A DNA stretch of 64,000 nucleotides from Verrucomicrobiota bacterium (lineage in GTDB: Bacteria > Verrucomicrobiota > Verrucomicrobiia > Methylacidiphilales > JBCCWR01). Position numbers and translations under genes: made by a program. Where the stretch lies: contig JBCCWR010000001.1 of the NCBI GenBank assembly GCA_039193385.1, positions 7,755 through 71,754 on the forward strand, read 5' to 3'. Shown in pieces: positions 1 through 7,494 of the stretch. Position 1 is the stretch's first letter. Every line of letters starts with the position of its first letter. The notes beneath the pieces are model-generated. The model saw only the letters and a program-made list of their open reading frames with translations, did not search any database and had not been told where the DNA came from.

Positions 1-1
1 C

Positions 2-736
2 AATGACGCTATGAATGTAGCCATTGATGAAATAAAAAATTCCAGCGACTCCATATCTAAGGTCATTAAGACCATTGATGAGATTGCCTTTCAGACCAAT
101 ATTCTTGCCTTAAATGCTTCTGTAGAAGCTGCGCGTGCTGGCGAAGCTGGGCTGGGCTTTGCCGTTGTTGCAGATGAAGTGAGAGCATTAGCTCAAAGAA
201 GTGCCGATGCAGCGAGGGAAACGGCTGATCTGATTCAAGACTCGATCGATAAAAGTAATGAGGGCGTGGAAGCTTGTAAAAAAGTAAACGATAGCTTGGC
301 AAGCATCACCAGTCGTGCTGACGATGTGAGCCAAAACCTCGATGATATCAGCGAAAAAGTAAGGGACGTGGACCGAGCCGTCGGCCAAATCACCGAAGCC
401 TCATTGGAGCAGCAGGCTGGCATTGACCACATTGGTAAAGCCATGAGTGAGATTGACCACTTGACGCAAAATAGTGTTCAAGCTGCTCAACAAGAGGCTA
501 CACAGGCTAAAGATCTCATAGAGCATGCAGCCTTTCTCAAACAAACTGTGGGGCAACTCAGAGCAATTGTAGGCACCCGAGCAGAGACTCATAACGGTGC
601 GTCTGCTGCCTTAACCTTAACAGATGCGGATACCTCTCCATCATCTTCATCGATTCCTCTTAGGCCAGACTCAGCAGGAGCCATGGAGCCACAACCCCTG
701 ACCCTACCTGATAGAGCGAGCGCTAATTTCTTTTGA
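2..736 (+). CDS. methyl-accepting chemotaxis protein, C-terminal signalling part (5' end outside window)
   Basis: The frame is open from base 2 (ORF track 11..736). The translation contains the MCP hairpin-tip core [44 protein letters not shown]. Confidence 0.85.
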   Translation, partial: NDAMNVAIDEIKNSSDSISKVIKTIDEIAFQTNILALNASVEAARAGEAGLGFAVVADEVRALAQRSADAARETADLIQDSIDKSNEGVEACKKVNDSLASITSRADDVSQNLDDISEKVRDVDRAVGQITEASLEQQAGIDHIGKAMSEIDHLTQNSVQAAQQEATQAKDLIEHAAFLKQTVGQLRAIVGTRAETHNGASAALTLTDADTSPSSSSIPLRPDSAGAMEPQPLTLPDRASANFF

Positions 737-744
737 GTAACCCT

Positions 745-777
745 GGTCTTATCGCTATTGCTTCATGCGGGTTTAAC
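745..777 (+). repeat. dispersed intergenic repeat, short copy
   Basis: CTATTGCTTCATGCGGGTTTAA shares the ATTGCNTNATGCGGGTTNAA core with eight other sites in the window. It begins 9 nt after the MCP stop codon. Confidence 0.5.
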
Positions 778-887
778 AAAATGATGGATTAGGGCCGATA
801 GCTCGAGGTAAGTAAATGTTTCCGCTTATTCATTCATGGGTAGAGGCGCTTTTTTTGACAGCCATAAGAATGATGTAAGATTGGGTT

Positions 888-1346
888 ATGGCAGAATTAA
901 AAGTTGGCAATAAGGCACCCGCTCTTACAGCCCTAAATCAGTCAGGTGAGAAAGTCAGTCTGCAGGACTTTGCGGGTCAGCGCGTTGTTCTGTATTTTTA
1001 TCCCAAGGATGATACGCCCGGATGCACCAAAGAGGCTTGTGCTTTTCGTGATAACCATAAAGCCTTTGCCAGTAAGAATACGGTCATTCTGGGAGTCAGT
1101 CCAGATGCACCCCAGAAGCATGAAAAATTTATCACTAAATATAACTTACCCTTCACCTTGTTGGCGGACGAAGATCATGCCATAAGCGAAAAGTATGGCG
1201 TTTGGGTGGAGAAGAGTATGTATGGCAAACAGTACATGGGCGTAGAGCGCTCAACCTTTGTTATTGATGTGGAAGGTAAGCTGGAGGCTATTTACCACAA
1301 GGTTAAGCCCGAGCCACATGTCATGGAGGTGCTGGAATCGCTCTAG
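888..1346 (+). CDS. bcp: thioredoxin-dependent thiol peroxidase (peroxiredoxin Bcp)
   Basis: 152 aa with the AhpC/TSA motif FYPKDDTPGCTKEACAFRD. Length and layout are typical of Bcp. Confidence 0.9.
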   Translation: MAELKVGNKAPALTALNQSGEKVSLQDFAGQRVVLYFYPKDDTPGCTKEACAFRDNHKAFASKNTVILGVSPDAPQKHEKFITKYNLPFTLLADEDHAISEKYGVWVEKSMYGKQYMGVERSTFVIDVEGKLEAIYHKVKPEPHVMEVLESL

Positions 1347-1361
1347 CTGATAAACTTTCCA

Positions 1362-1581
1362 ACCATGAAGAACATGAAGGAAGTGAAGGAAAAAGCCTTT
1401 TAACCCGCATTAACCAAACAGAACGAGTCAGATGTGTTAATGCTTCAGGAGAAGAGACTTTAGAGACAATGCAGTTGTATCAAAAAGTATTACGACAAGT
1501 TTGCTATAAAGTCTCCACTTCCAAGATCTTGCACAGATGATCGTGTTGCTATTGCATTATGCTCTTCAAGTTCTTCATGGT
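1362..1581. repeat. ~220-bp imperfect palindromic (MITE-like) non-coding element
   Basis: Outer inverted repeats are ACCATGAAGAACATGAAG (1362-1379) and CTTCAAGTTCTTCATGGT (1564-1581), matching 17/18. An inverted pair of dispersed-repeat copies sits at 1398-1436 (-) and 1515-1562 (+). Inner inverted repeats are AGACTTTAGAGACAA (1455-1469) and TTGCTATAAAGTCT (1501-1514). No credible ORF is present. Confidence 0.45.
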
Positions 1582-1607
1582 AAAAATGAGTTCTAAAGCT
1601 GACCGTC
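1558..1607. repeat. extra copy 1 of the comM-proximal 27-mer plus a diverged remnant of the comM 3' end
   Basis: TATGCTCTTCAAGTTCTTCATGGTAAAAATGAGTTCTAAAGCTGACCGTC aligns with the native sequence at 2450-2503 (CATGCTCTTCAAGTTCTTCATGGTAAATTAGCCCCAGAGTTGACGGTC). Confidence 0.6.
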
Positions 1608-1733
1608 ATTGATGTGGAAGGTAAGCTGGAGGCTATTTACCACAAGGTTAAGCCCGAGCCACATGTGATGGAGGTGCTGGAATCGCTCTAGCTGATAAAC
1701 TTTCCAACCATGAAGAACATGAAGGAAGTGAAG
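1608..1733 (+). repeat. 126-bp duplicate of the bcp 3' end plus 42 nt downstream (source 1263..1388)
   Basis: Position-by-position comparison at offset 345 gives 125/126 identical. The only difference, at 1322 versus 1667 (gtc/gtg), is synonymous in the bcp frame. Confidence 0.95.
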
Positions 1734-1888
1734 TTAAGACCACCCAAAAGGCATCAACACTGTAGTTTTTTTCTTCAAAAGAAGACATTTTCATAAGTTG
1801 ATTCGAGGAGATCAAGGCCAGGGCCAAGGTGTTTATGAATTTCGATAGCACAGCCAATGACTTGATTGGACAACTGGGTCAATTTCAT
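1734..1888 (-). pseudogene. 5' fragment of a GxxExxY-family (PD-(D/E)XK) gene
   Basis: From the ATG at 1888 it reads MKLTQLSNQVIGCAIEIHKHLGPGLDLLESTYENVFF, then TGA at 1775-1777. This is clearly homologous to the first ~35 codons of the intact gene at 2038..2409, after which similarity is lost. Confidence 0.8.
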
Positions 1889-1956
1889 TTTATTGCTTAT
1901 TTTTATAAAATCACCAAGACGTATGCGTCGTAAGAAAGAAGTGAGTTAAAACGCAT

Positions 1957-2010
1957 CATGCTCTTCAAGTTCTTCATGGTAAAAATGAGCTCCAAAGCTG
2001 GCGGTCGAGG
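1957..2010. repeat. extra copy 2 of the comM-proximal 27-mer plus a remnant of the comM 3' end
   Basis: CATGCTCTTCAAGTTCTTCATGGTAAAAATGAGCTCCAAAGCTGGCGGTCGAGGG. The minus strand still reads LDRQLWS, compared with the native comM C-terminus LDRQLWG*. Confidence 0.75.
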
Positions 2011-2037
2011 GCATGATGGCTATGGCATAATACGGAT

Positions 2038-2409
2038 TTAAAGAATAAAACTTTTCAGGCCATTCTTAAGTTTTGTCGTAATGAAATTAATAAGAAAGCC
2101 GTATTTGATTTTAGCCAGCTTCATGTATGTGATTAACTGAGCTTGATGAATGTTTTTAATTTCATCGACGCTCTTCAGTTCCAGTATGATCTGATTATCA
2201 ACCAAGATATCGATTCTGTAAGCACAGTCTATGGATACATTTTTGTATGTTACAGGTAGAGGGTGTTGTAATGTGAAGTTGATATGATGTGTTTGTAATT
2301 CGTAAGCGAGACATTTTTCATAAGTTGATTCCAGAAGACCCGGGCCTAGGTTTTTATGGACTTCGATAGCGCAGCCAATGACTTGATTGGATAACTGGGT
2401 AAATTTCAT
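2038..2409 (-). CDS. GxxExxY family protein (PD-(D/E)XK nuclease superfamily)
   Basis: 123 aa with the signature GPGLLESTYE (G-x-x-E-x-x-Y) and a D...ELK motif (RIDILVDNQIILELKSV). The size is typical of the family. Confidence 0.85.
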   Translation of the reverse strand: MKFTQLSNQVIGCAIEVHKNLGPGLLESTYEKCLAYELQTHHINFTLQHPLPVTYKNVSIDCAYRIDILVDNQIILELKSVDEIKNIHQAQLITYMKLAKIKYGFLINFITTKLKNGLKSFIL

Positions 2410-2476
2410 TTTATTGATACTTTTAAAAAATTACCAAGATTGAGAGGTTCATGCTCTTCAAGTTCTTCATGGTAAA

Positions 2477-4027
2477 TTAGCCCCAGAGTTGACGGTCGAG
2501 GGTGCGGTATTGCACCGCTTCACTGACATGATCGGCACGGATGTGTGGGCTCTCTTCTAAATCTGCGATGGTGCGGGATACTTTTCGGATGCGATCGTAA
2601 GCGCGTGCGGAGAGATTCAGATCTTCCATGGAGTAACGGAGGATGTTTTGAGATTCTTCATCAAGGGGTGCAAAGTTCGTTAGTTCTTTGGCATTCATCT
2701 GTGCGTTACACCAGATTTTTCTGCCATTGCTGCCATTGGATGATTGGTAACGTTTTTGTTGAAGCTGACGGGCTTGTATGATGCGTTGGCGAATGGTGGC
2801 CGAGTTTTCACCGTTATTTTGGTCTATGAGGTGTTTATGTTCCAACGCAGCAACCTCAAGGTGAATGTCAATGCGGTCTAGAAGAGGGCCAGATATTTTA
2901 TTGAGGTAGCGTTGCATGGCGTGATGCGAGATTTTTCCTCTGTCTGCATCGCCGTGAGATCCCGAAGGCGTGGGGTTCATGGCGGCGACAAACATGAAGC
3001 GCGAAGGAAAGGTGAGCGAACCGGATGCTCGGGAGATGGTGACGCTGCCATCTTCCAGAGGCTGGCGCAGCACTTCCAGTGCGGAACGTTTGAACTCTGG
3101 CAGCTCGTCCATGAAGAGTACGCCATTGTGCGCCAGCGAAACTTCTCCGGGGGTAGGATTGGCTGAACCTCCGATGAGGCCAATATCAGAAATGGTGTGG
3201 TGTGGAGAGCGAAAAGGGCGCTGTGCGATGATGGGTTGCTGTGGGCTGGTCAGCCCGCATACGGAATGGATGCGAGTTGTTTCAAGGGCTTCTTCAAGTG
3301 TGAGTGGTGGAAGGATGGTTGGTATACGTTTGGCCAACATGCTTTTACCCGCGCCAGGGTTGCCTACCATGAGGAGATTATGTCCCCCAGCAGCGGCAAT
3401 CTCAATGGCACGTTTGGCCGACTCCTGACCTTTGACCTCGGCAAAGTCGAGTGAATCTAACATACGGTTGTGGCTGGCAGCGGGATCAAAATTTCCCCGC
3501 TGCGGGGTGATGTCGAGTTTACCCTCGAGGAATTCGACAGCTTGTCCCAGGGAATGAAGAGGATAGACGGATAACCCTTCTACTACGGAAGCTTCTCCGG
3601 CATTTTCATGCGGCACGAGTAAACCTCGACAGCCTTTTTCACGAGCCAGTAAAGCCAGAGGCAGAATACCTCGAATAGCGCGTAGACTACCGTCCAGAGC
3701 AAGTTCCCCAGCCATAAAAAAGTGATGAAGCAGTTGAGGCTCCAGTTGTTTCGATGCGGCAAGAATGCTCAGGGCGATGGGCAGGTCAAAGATAGGACCT
3801 TCCTTTTTAATGTCAGCAGGGGCGAGGTTGATGGTGATGCGTCCATCCGGATGATCGAAGCCGCTGTTGGCTAGAGCTGTTTTAACACGATCGCGAGATT
3901 CCTTAACGGCTGTGTCTGGCAGACCTACCATAACGACGGCGGGAAGTCCGCGTCCAGAATCTACTTCCACTTCCACAGGAAAGGCTTGTACACCGATGAC
4001 CGCTCCAGACAATGCTTTCGCTAACAT
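2477..4027 (-). CDS. comM: YifB/ComM family Mg-chelatase-like AAA+ ATPase
   Basis: 516 aa. It has an N-terminal Lon-like domain (MLAKALSGAVIGVQAFPVEVEVD), Walker A GNPGAGKS, and VLFMDELPEF. Confidence 0.9.
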   Translation of the reverse strand: MLAKALSGAVIGVQAFPVEVEVDSGRGLPAVVMVGLPDTAVKESRDRVKTALANSGFDHPDGRITINLAPADIKKEGPIFDLPIALSILAASKQLEPQLLHHFFMAGELALDGSLRAIRGILPLALLAREKGCRGLLVPHENAGEASVVEGLSVYPLHSLGQAVEFLEGKLDITPQRGNFDPAASHNRMLDSLDFAEVKGQESAKRAIEIAAAGGHNLLMVGNPGAGKSMLAKRIPTILPPLTLEEALETTRIHSVCGLTSPQQPIIAQRPFRSPHHTISDIGLIGGSANPTPGEVSLAHNGVLFMDELPEFKRSALEVLRQPLEDGSVTISRASGSLTFPSRFMFVAAMNPTPSGSHGDADRGKISHHAMQRYLNKISGPLLDRIDIHLEVAALEHKHLIDQNNGENSATIRQRIIQARQLQQKRYQSSNGSNGRKIWCNAQMNAKELTNFAPLDEESQNILRYSMEDLNLSARAYDRIRKVSRTIADLEESPHIRADHVSEAVQYRTLDRQLWG

Positions 4028-4113
4028 CAGAATGTTATGCCGGGGCGTTGAAGCTATTGTCTAGCGATAACACTTGAATGTTTAAAAAAATAGAGCGATG
4101 TAACGTTTAATGA

Positions 4114-5415
4114 TCAGGTGGATCGCTGGCCGGCCCTTTTACGTACGGTTTTTTTAACGGTTTTTCGAGCCGTTTTCTTCGCTACGGGTTTTTTGGAGAC
4201 CGCTTTCTTGATCGTTTTTTTGGTAACTTTTTTGGCAGAAGCAGAACGTTTGCGAGCTATCTTTTTATTTGTTATTTTTTTAGCTGCCTTGCGAGGAGTG
4301 CTTGATGCAGGACGCGTATTGTCTACCGAAGCGAGGAGCAGATTAAGTGCTTTAAGGATATGGATTCCTTGAGGTATTTCAAATGCTTGAGGATTGTATT
4401 CGTTCTCTCGGCTGCGAGTTTTGATCCAGCGAATCTTGGCCGCCTCGGAGACATGGGAGATGTCTGATTTTTCAAGACGACGCACATGCTTGGGAAGTAT
4501 TTTAAATAAACCTTCCAAGCCATCACTGAAGCTCGCCATAGGGTCCATATGATGCAGGGCCTGCTGTACTTTCTTCGCATCGAAGGTAAGCTTAAGCTTC
4601 AAGATGGAGATGGTTTCAATCATCCAAGTCAGTGCGGCATCTGCAAGTTTGCTGTTATCAAGCTCGGATGGATCTTTGCTGGTTGTACCGCCGCCAACAG
4701 AGCTGTGTCCTCCAGGGAACCAAACTTCTATGACGCGTTGAGAGGCAGGAGAGTGTGTGCCTTTATCCATAGGCGTATTACAAAAAGAACGACGCTTTTC
4801 ATCAATGGCTACGGCATGCAGGGCATTTTTAATAATAGGACTGATGCTTGTATCATGAAACTGGTATTTCCCATTCCAGAGACGATCCAGAGGAATGAAG
4901 GGAACAATGTCGGGCAATCCGCGTGAACCGACGGTGTCCCAACATGCTACCAGATCTATGTTGATTTCACGGCTAAAGCTTTCGCGAAACTCGACCTTTT
5001 CCTTTTCGTTAAAATCCTTACCGCTTTTATACGTTTTAAAAGCTTCATCAATGTGGGAAAAGAATTCTGTTTTGAGAAGGCCGACATGGTAGATCATACC
5101 TGCCAGACTGCGCACAGTGTAAGCGCCGCGGCTGTAACCAAAAAAGTATAGCTCATCTCCCGGTTCATAATTGAGGATGAGAAAGCGATAGGCTTCTTTG
5201 ATGTTCTGGTCGAGTCCTTTGCCGAAGGCGCCGCCACGAAGTTTGCTCAGAGGGCTGTCTGTGCCGACACCAGAATCATAGTATTTGATTTGAGGAACAG
5301 GGCTGGGTCCGGTGGTGTCGAGAGTTTCAATAGCCTCATAAATTTTGAAAACATTGGTTTGATTCGCTGGTGTGAGCCAGGTTCCGTCACAACAAATAAT
5401 AAGACGTTTTTTCAT
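4114..5415 (-). CDS. DUF2235 (Tle1-like alpha/beta hydrolase) protein with a Lys-rich histone H1-like C-terminal tail
   Basis: The N-terminus LIICCDGTW...GVGT...FFGYSRGAYTVRSLAG (GxSxG) is typical of DUF2235. The last ~65 aa are KKAAKKITNKKIARKRSASAKKVTKKTIKKAVSKKPVAKKTARKTVKKTVRKRAG. Confidence 0.8.
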   Translation of the reverse strand: MKKRLIICCDGTWLTPANQTNVFKIYEAIETLDTTGPSPVPQIKYYDSGVGTDSPLSKLRGGAFGKGLDQNIKEAYRFLILNYEPGDELYFFGYSRGAYTVRSLAGMIYHVGLLKTEFFSHIDEAFKTYKSGKDFNEKEKVEFRESFSREINIDLVACWDTVGSRGLPDIVPFIPLDRLWNGKYQFHDTSISPIIKNALHAVAIDEKRRSFCNTPMDKGTHSPASQRVIEVWFPGGHSSVGGGTTSKDPSELDNSKLADAALTWMIETISILKLKLTFDAKKVQQALHHMDPMASFSDGLEGLFKILPKHVRRLEKSDISHVSEAAKIRWIKTRSRENEYNPQAFEIPQGIHILKALNLLLASVDNTRPASSTPRKAAKKITNKKIARKRSASAKKVTKKTIKKAVSKKPVAKKTARKTVKKTVRKRAGQRST

Positions 5416-5526
5416 ATGTCGAACTTCTTCCGGAAATTTTCGTCATAGGTGAATTAATGGAAGTTGCAATGAAAAAAGAAATTATTCTCTATTTTTAATA
5501 ATTACAGAACAGTTTCCAGCGTTATT

Positions 5527-5548
5527 TTGAACCCACATTATGCACATT
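5527..5548 (-). repeat. dispersed intergenic repeat, short degenerate copy
   Basis: The minus strand reads AATGTGCATAATGTGGGTTCAA and starts 3 nt after the yraN stop codon. Confidence 0.35.
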
Positions 5549-5550
5549 AC

Positions 5551-6054
5551 CTATTTACGGACTGGAGAAGGTATGGGCAAAGAAAAGGCCTGGGGAATAA
5601 TGTAACACTGAGGAAATTTTCCCGTGTTTAGAATGACTTCCACAATATCAAAACGAGCTGCAGGTAGTTCGACTTCCAGTTGCCTCATGTAAGAATGTGC
5701 GGTGTAGACAAGGCGACGCTGTTTCGAAGTATTAACCGAAGCGCTGGGTGTATCCAACATTTCTTTTGAGCGCGCTTTTACTTCGACAAAAACAAGAACA
5801 TCGTCACGCGGATTGAATGTGCGTAGGCGACACACAAGATCAATCTCCCCCCAGCGGCTGGTATAATTTCTGACCAGGATTTTGTAGTTGTGACGCATCA
5901 AGTGTGCTTCAGCGACGCGCTCTCCAAAAACGCCTGAGGCTTTTGTGCTATGAAAAACCGGGCAGTGTCGTCTGTCGAACGGGAGCAAAAGATTTTCGAT
6001 GCTCCGTACAAGGCCCAAGTTTCTGAAGTGCTGCCAGGTGTTCTTTCGTTCCAT
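5551..6054 (-). CDS. yraN: YraN family (UPF0102) endonuclease-like protein; start codon uncertain
   Basis: GVFGERVAEAHLMRHNYKILVRNYTSRWGEIDLV...LVFVEVKARS matches the YraN pattern. There is no ATG or GTG downstream of the rnhB stop. Candidate starts are ATG 6054, TTG 6018 and TTG 5988, and all of them overlap rnhB. Confidence 0.7.
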   Translation of the reverse strand: MERKNTWQHFRNLGLVRSIENLLLPFDRRHCPVFHSTKASGVFGERVAEAHLMRHNYKILVRNYTSRWGEIDLVCRLRTFNPRDDVLVFVEVKARSKEMLDTPSASVNTSKQRRLVYTAHSYMRQLEVELPAARFDIVEVILNTGKFPQCYIIPQAFSLPIPSPVRK

Positions 6055-6604
6055 AACCTTTATGCTTTGCGAAGTGATAACCGGGATATTTTTGATCCAG
6101 CTTTTCCATCATGCGGTCACGCGACTCCTTAGCAAGAATGGATGCTGCGGCAATAGATGGACTGATGCCATCACCTTTAACGATGGCTTTAGCTTCGAAA
6201 GGCCAATGCTCCCGCATGGGAAGACGGTTCCCATCAATGAGGGCGAAGTCTGGCGGTGTGTGCAGTTTCTGCCAGGCGCGTCGCATGGCGAGGAAGGAGG
6301 CATGTAGCACATTGAGTGCATCCACTTCATCAACAGAAGCGCTGGCTATGGCATAGCTGATATTATCCACAGAGATGATTTCATCAAAAAGGTCCTGGCG
6401 GTTGCTGCGCGTCAGTTTTTTTGAATCATTGAGCGCATCTGGCCAGGTGTCATGTTCATGAAAAATAACTGTTGCTGCGACGACAGGACCAGCCAGGCAG
6501 CCGCGCCCTGCTTCATCTAAACCTGCGATGGCATTAAACTTTTTTCGCCGTGCGTTGTATTCATGGTCCCAGCAGAGTTTGTTTTTTGACGGGGCTTTTT
6601 TCAT
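5948..6604 (-). CDS. rnhB: ribonuclease HII
   Basis: 218 aa with AGLDEAGRGCLAGPVV and the DSKKL motif. Confidence 0.9.
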   Translation of the reverse strand: MKKAPSKNKLCWDHEYNARRKKFNAIAGLDEAGRGCLAGPVVAATVIFHEHDTWPDALNDSKKLTRSNRQDLFDEIISVDNISYAIASASVDEVDALNVLHASFLAMRRAWQKLHTPPDFALIDGNRLPMREHWPFEAKAIVKGDGISPSIAAASILAKESRDRMMEKLDQKYPGYHFAKHKGYGTKEHLAALQKLGPCTEHRKSFAPVRQTTLPGFS

Positions 6605-6711
6605 GGTTAGATTTTATGATTATGGCGCGTGAATTGCTAGGCAATGCCCATTATTCACATTTACAGGTAGACGGAAACATTGTTTGCCTTGCCGGGTTAG
6701 AAATTTTTAAC

Positions 6712-7371
6712 ATGAGAAATCTTTGGTCACTATTTTCAAATTTATGCAGTGAAAAAAAGAAGCAGAACGTTTTGCAAAAAACCAACAGTATAAAACGTAT
6801 TAGCAGGGAGGAAATTAATAAGCTGCCTCTCTTTCGTTACACAGGAAAGATTGTCATGGTGCGCTCCAATGAGGAGCTGAACAAAGCTCTGACGGAGTTG
6901 AAAGAGGAAACTTTGTTGGGATTTGATACAGAAACGCGTCCCGCTTTTCGCAAGCATCAGTCCTTTTTGCCTTCACTTCTGCAATTGGCCAGCAGAGAAA
7001 AAGTATACCTTCTACGTTTGGCTGACATGACGGACTTCAATGGTCTCATTGCTTTGCTGGAAAAAGAGTCGGTTATTAAAAGCGGTATCGCTCTGGATCA
7101 GGATGTCAAAAAGCTCAATGAAATTTTTACTTTTAAGGCGGGGGGCTTTGTTGATTTGGGTAAAATAGCACAGATGCATAAATATCAACAAACAGGGCTG
7201 CGCAATCTATGTGCGATGCTTCTTGGCTTTCGCCTTTCTAAGGGCTCTCAAGTTACTGACTGGAGCAAACCGGAGCTTAGTTCTGCCCAGATTCACTATG
7301 CGGCTACAGATGCTTGGGTGAGTCGAGAACTCTATGTTCACATGAGCGAAAGCTCAGATTGGGATGTCTAA
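6712..7371 (+). CDS. 3'-5' exonuclease domain protein (DnaQ/RNase D-like)
   Basis: LGFDTETRP...LLQLAS...VYLLRL...YAATDAW are Exo I-III-like motifs. The ATG at 6712 is preferred because the track ORF start at 6550 overlaps rnhB. Confidence 0.75.
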   Translation: MRNLWSLFSNLCSEKKKQNVLQKTNSIKRISREEINKLPLFRYTGKIVMVRSNEELNKALTELKEETLLGFDTETRPAFRKHQSFLPSLLQLASREKVYLLRLADMTDFNGLIALLEKESVIKSGIALDQDVKKLNEIFTFKAGGFVDLGKIAQMHKYQQTGLRNLCAMLLGFRLSKGSQVTDWSKPELSSAQIHYAATDAWVSRELYVHMSESSDWDV

Positions 7372-7494
7372 AAATATTACTGCTTTATAAATTTATATTA
7401 AGGTCGAAGCTATTGGATCACATGCTTCTTGTTTAAGTTTTAAACTAATCTTGTATTAGCAGTAGCTCTCGTTCAGGCTTGATAGTTAATATTT

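Noticed and set aside
722-736. Both MCPs end in -FF (..SANFF and ..EDSFF), considered as a CheR/CheB tethering pentapeptide.
   Set aside because: The established tethering motif is xWxxF (NWETF-like). Neither terminus has the Trp, and two examples are too few to define a variant.
6362-6370. A perfect DnaA box, TTATCCACA.
   Set aside because: It is a single occurrence inside the rnhB coding region. There is no cluster of boxes, AT-rich unwinding element or dnaA/dnaN context, so it is not evidence for an origin.
6550-6711. The upstream extension of the 3'-5' exonuclease ORF (track start 6550).
   Set aside because: The extension overlaps the divergent rnhB 5' end and encodes an implausible Cys/Phe-rich leader. 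The exonuclease homology begins well after the ATG at 6712.
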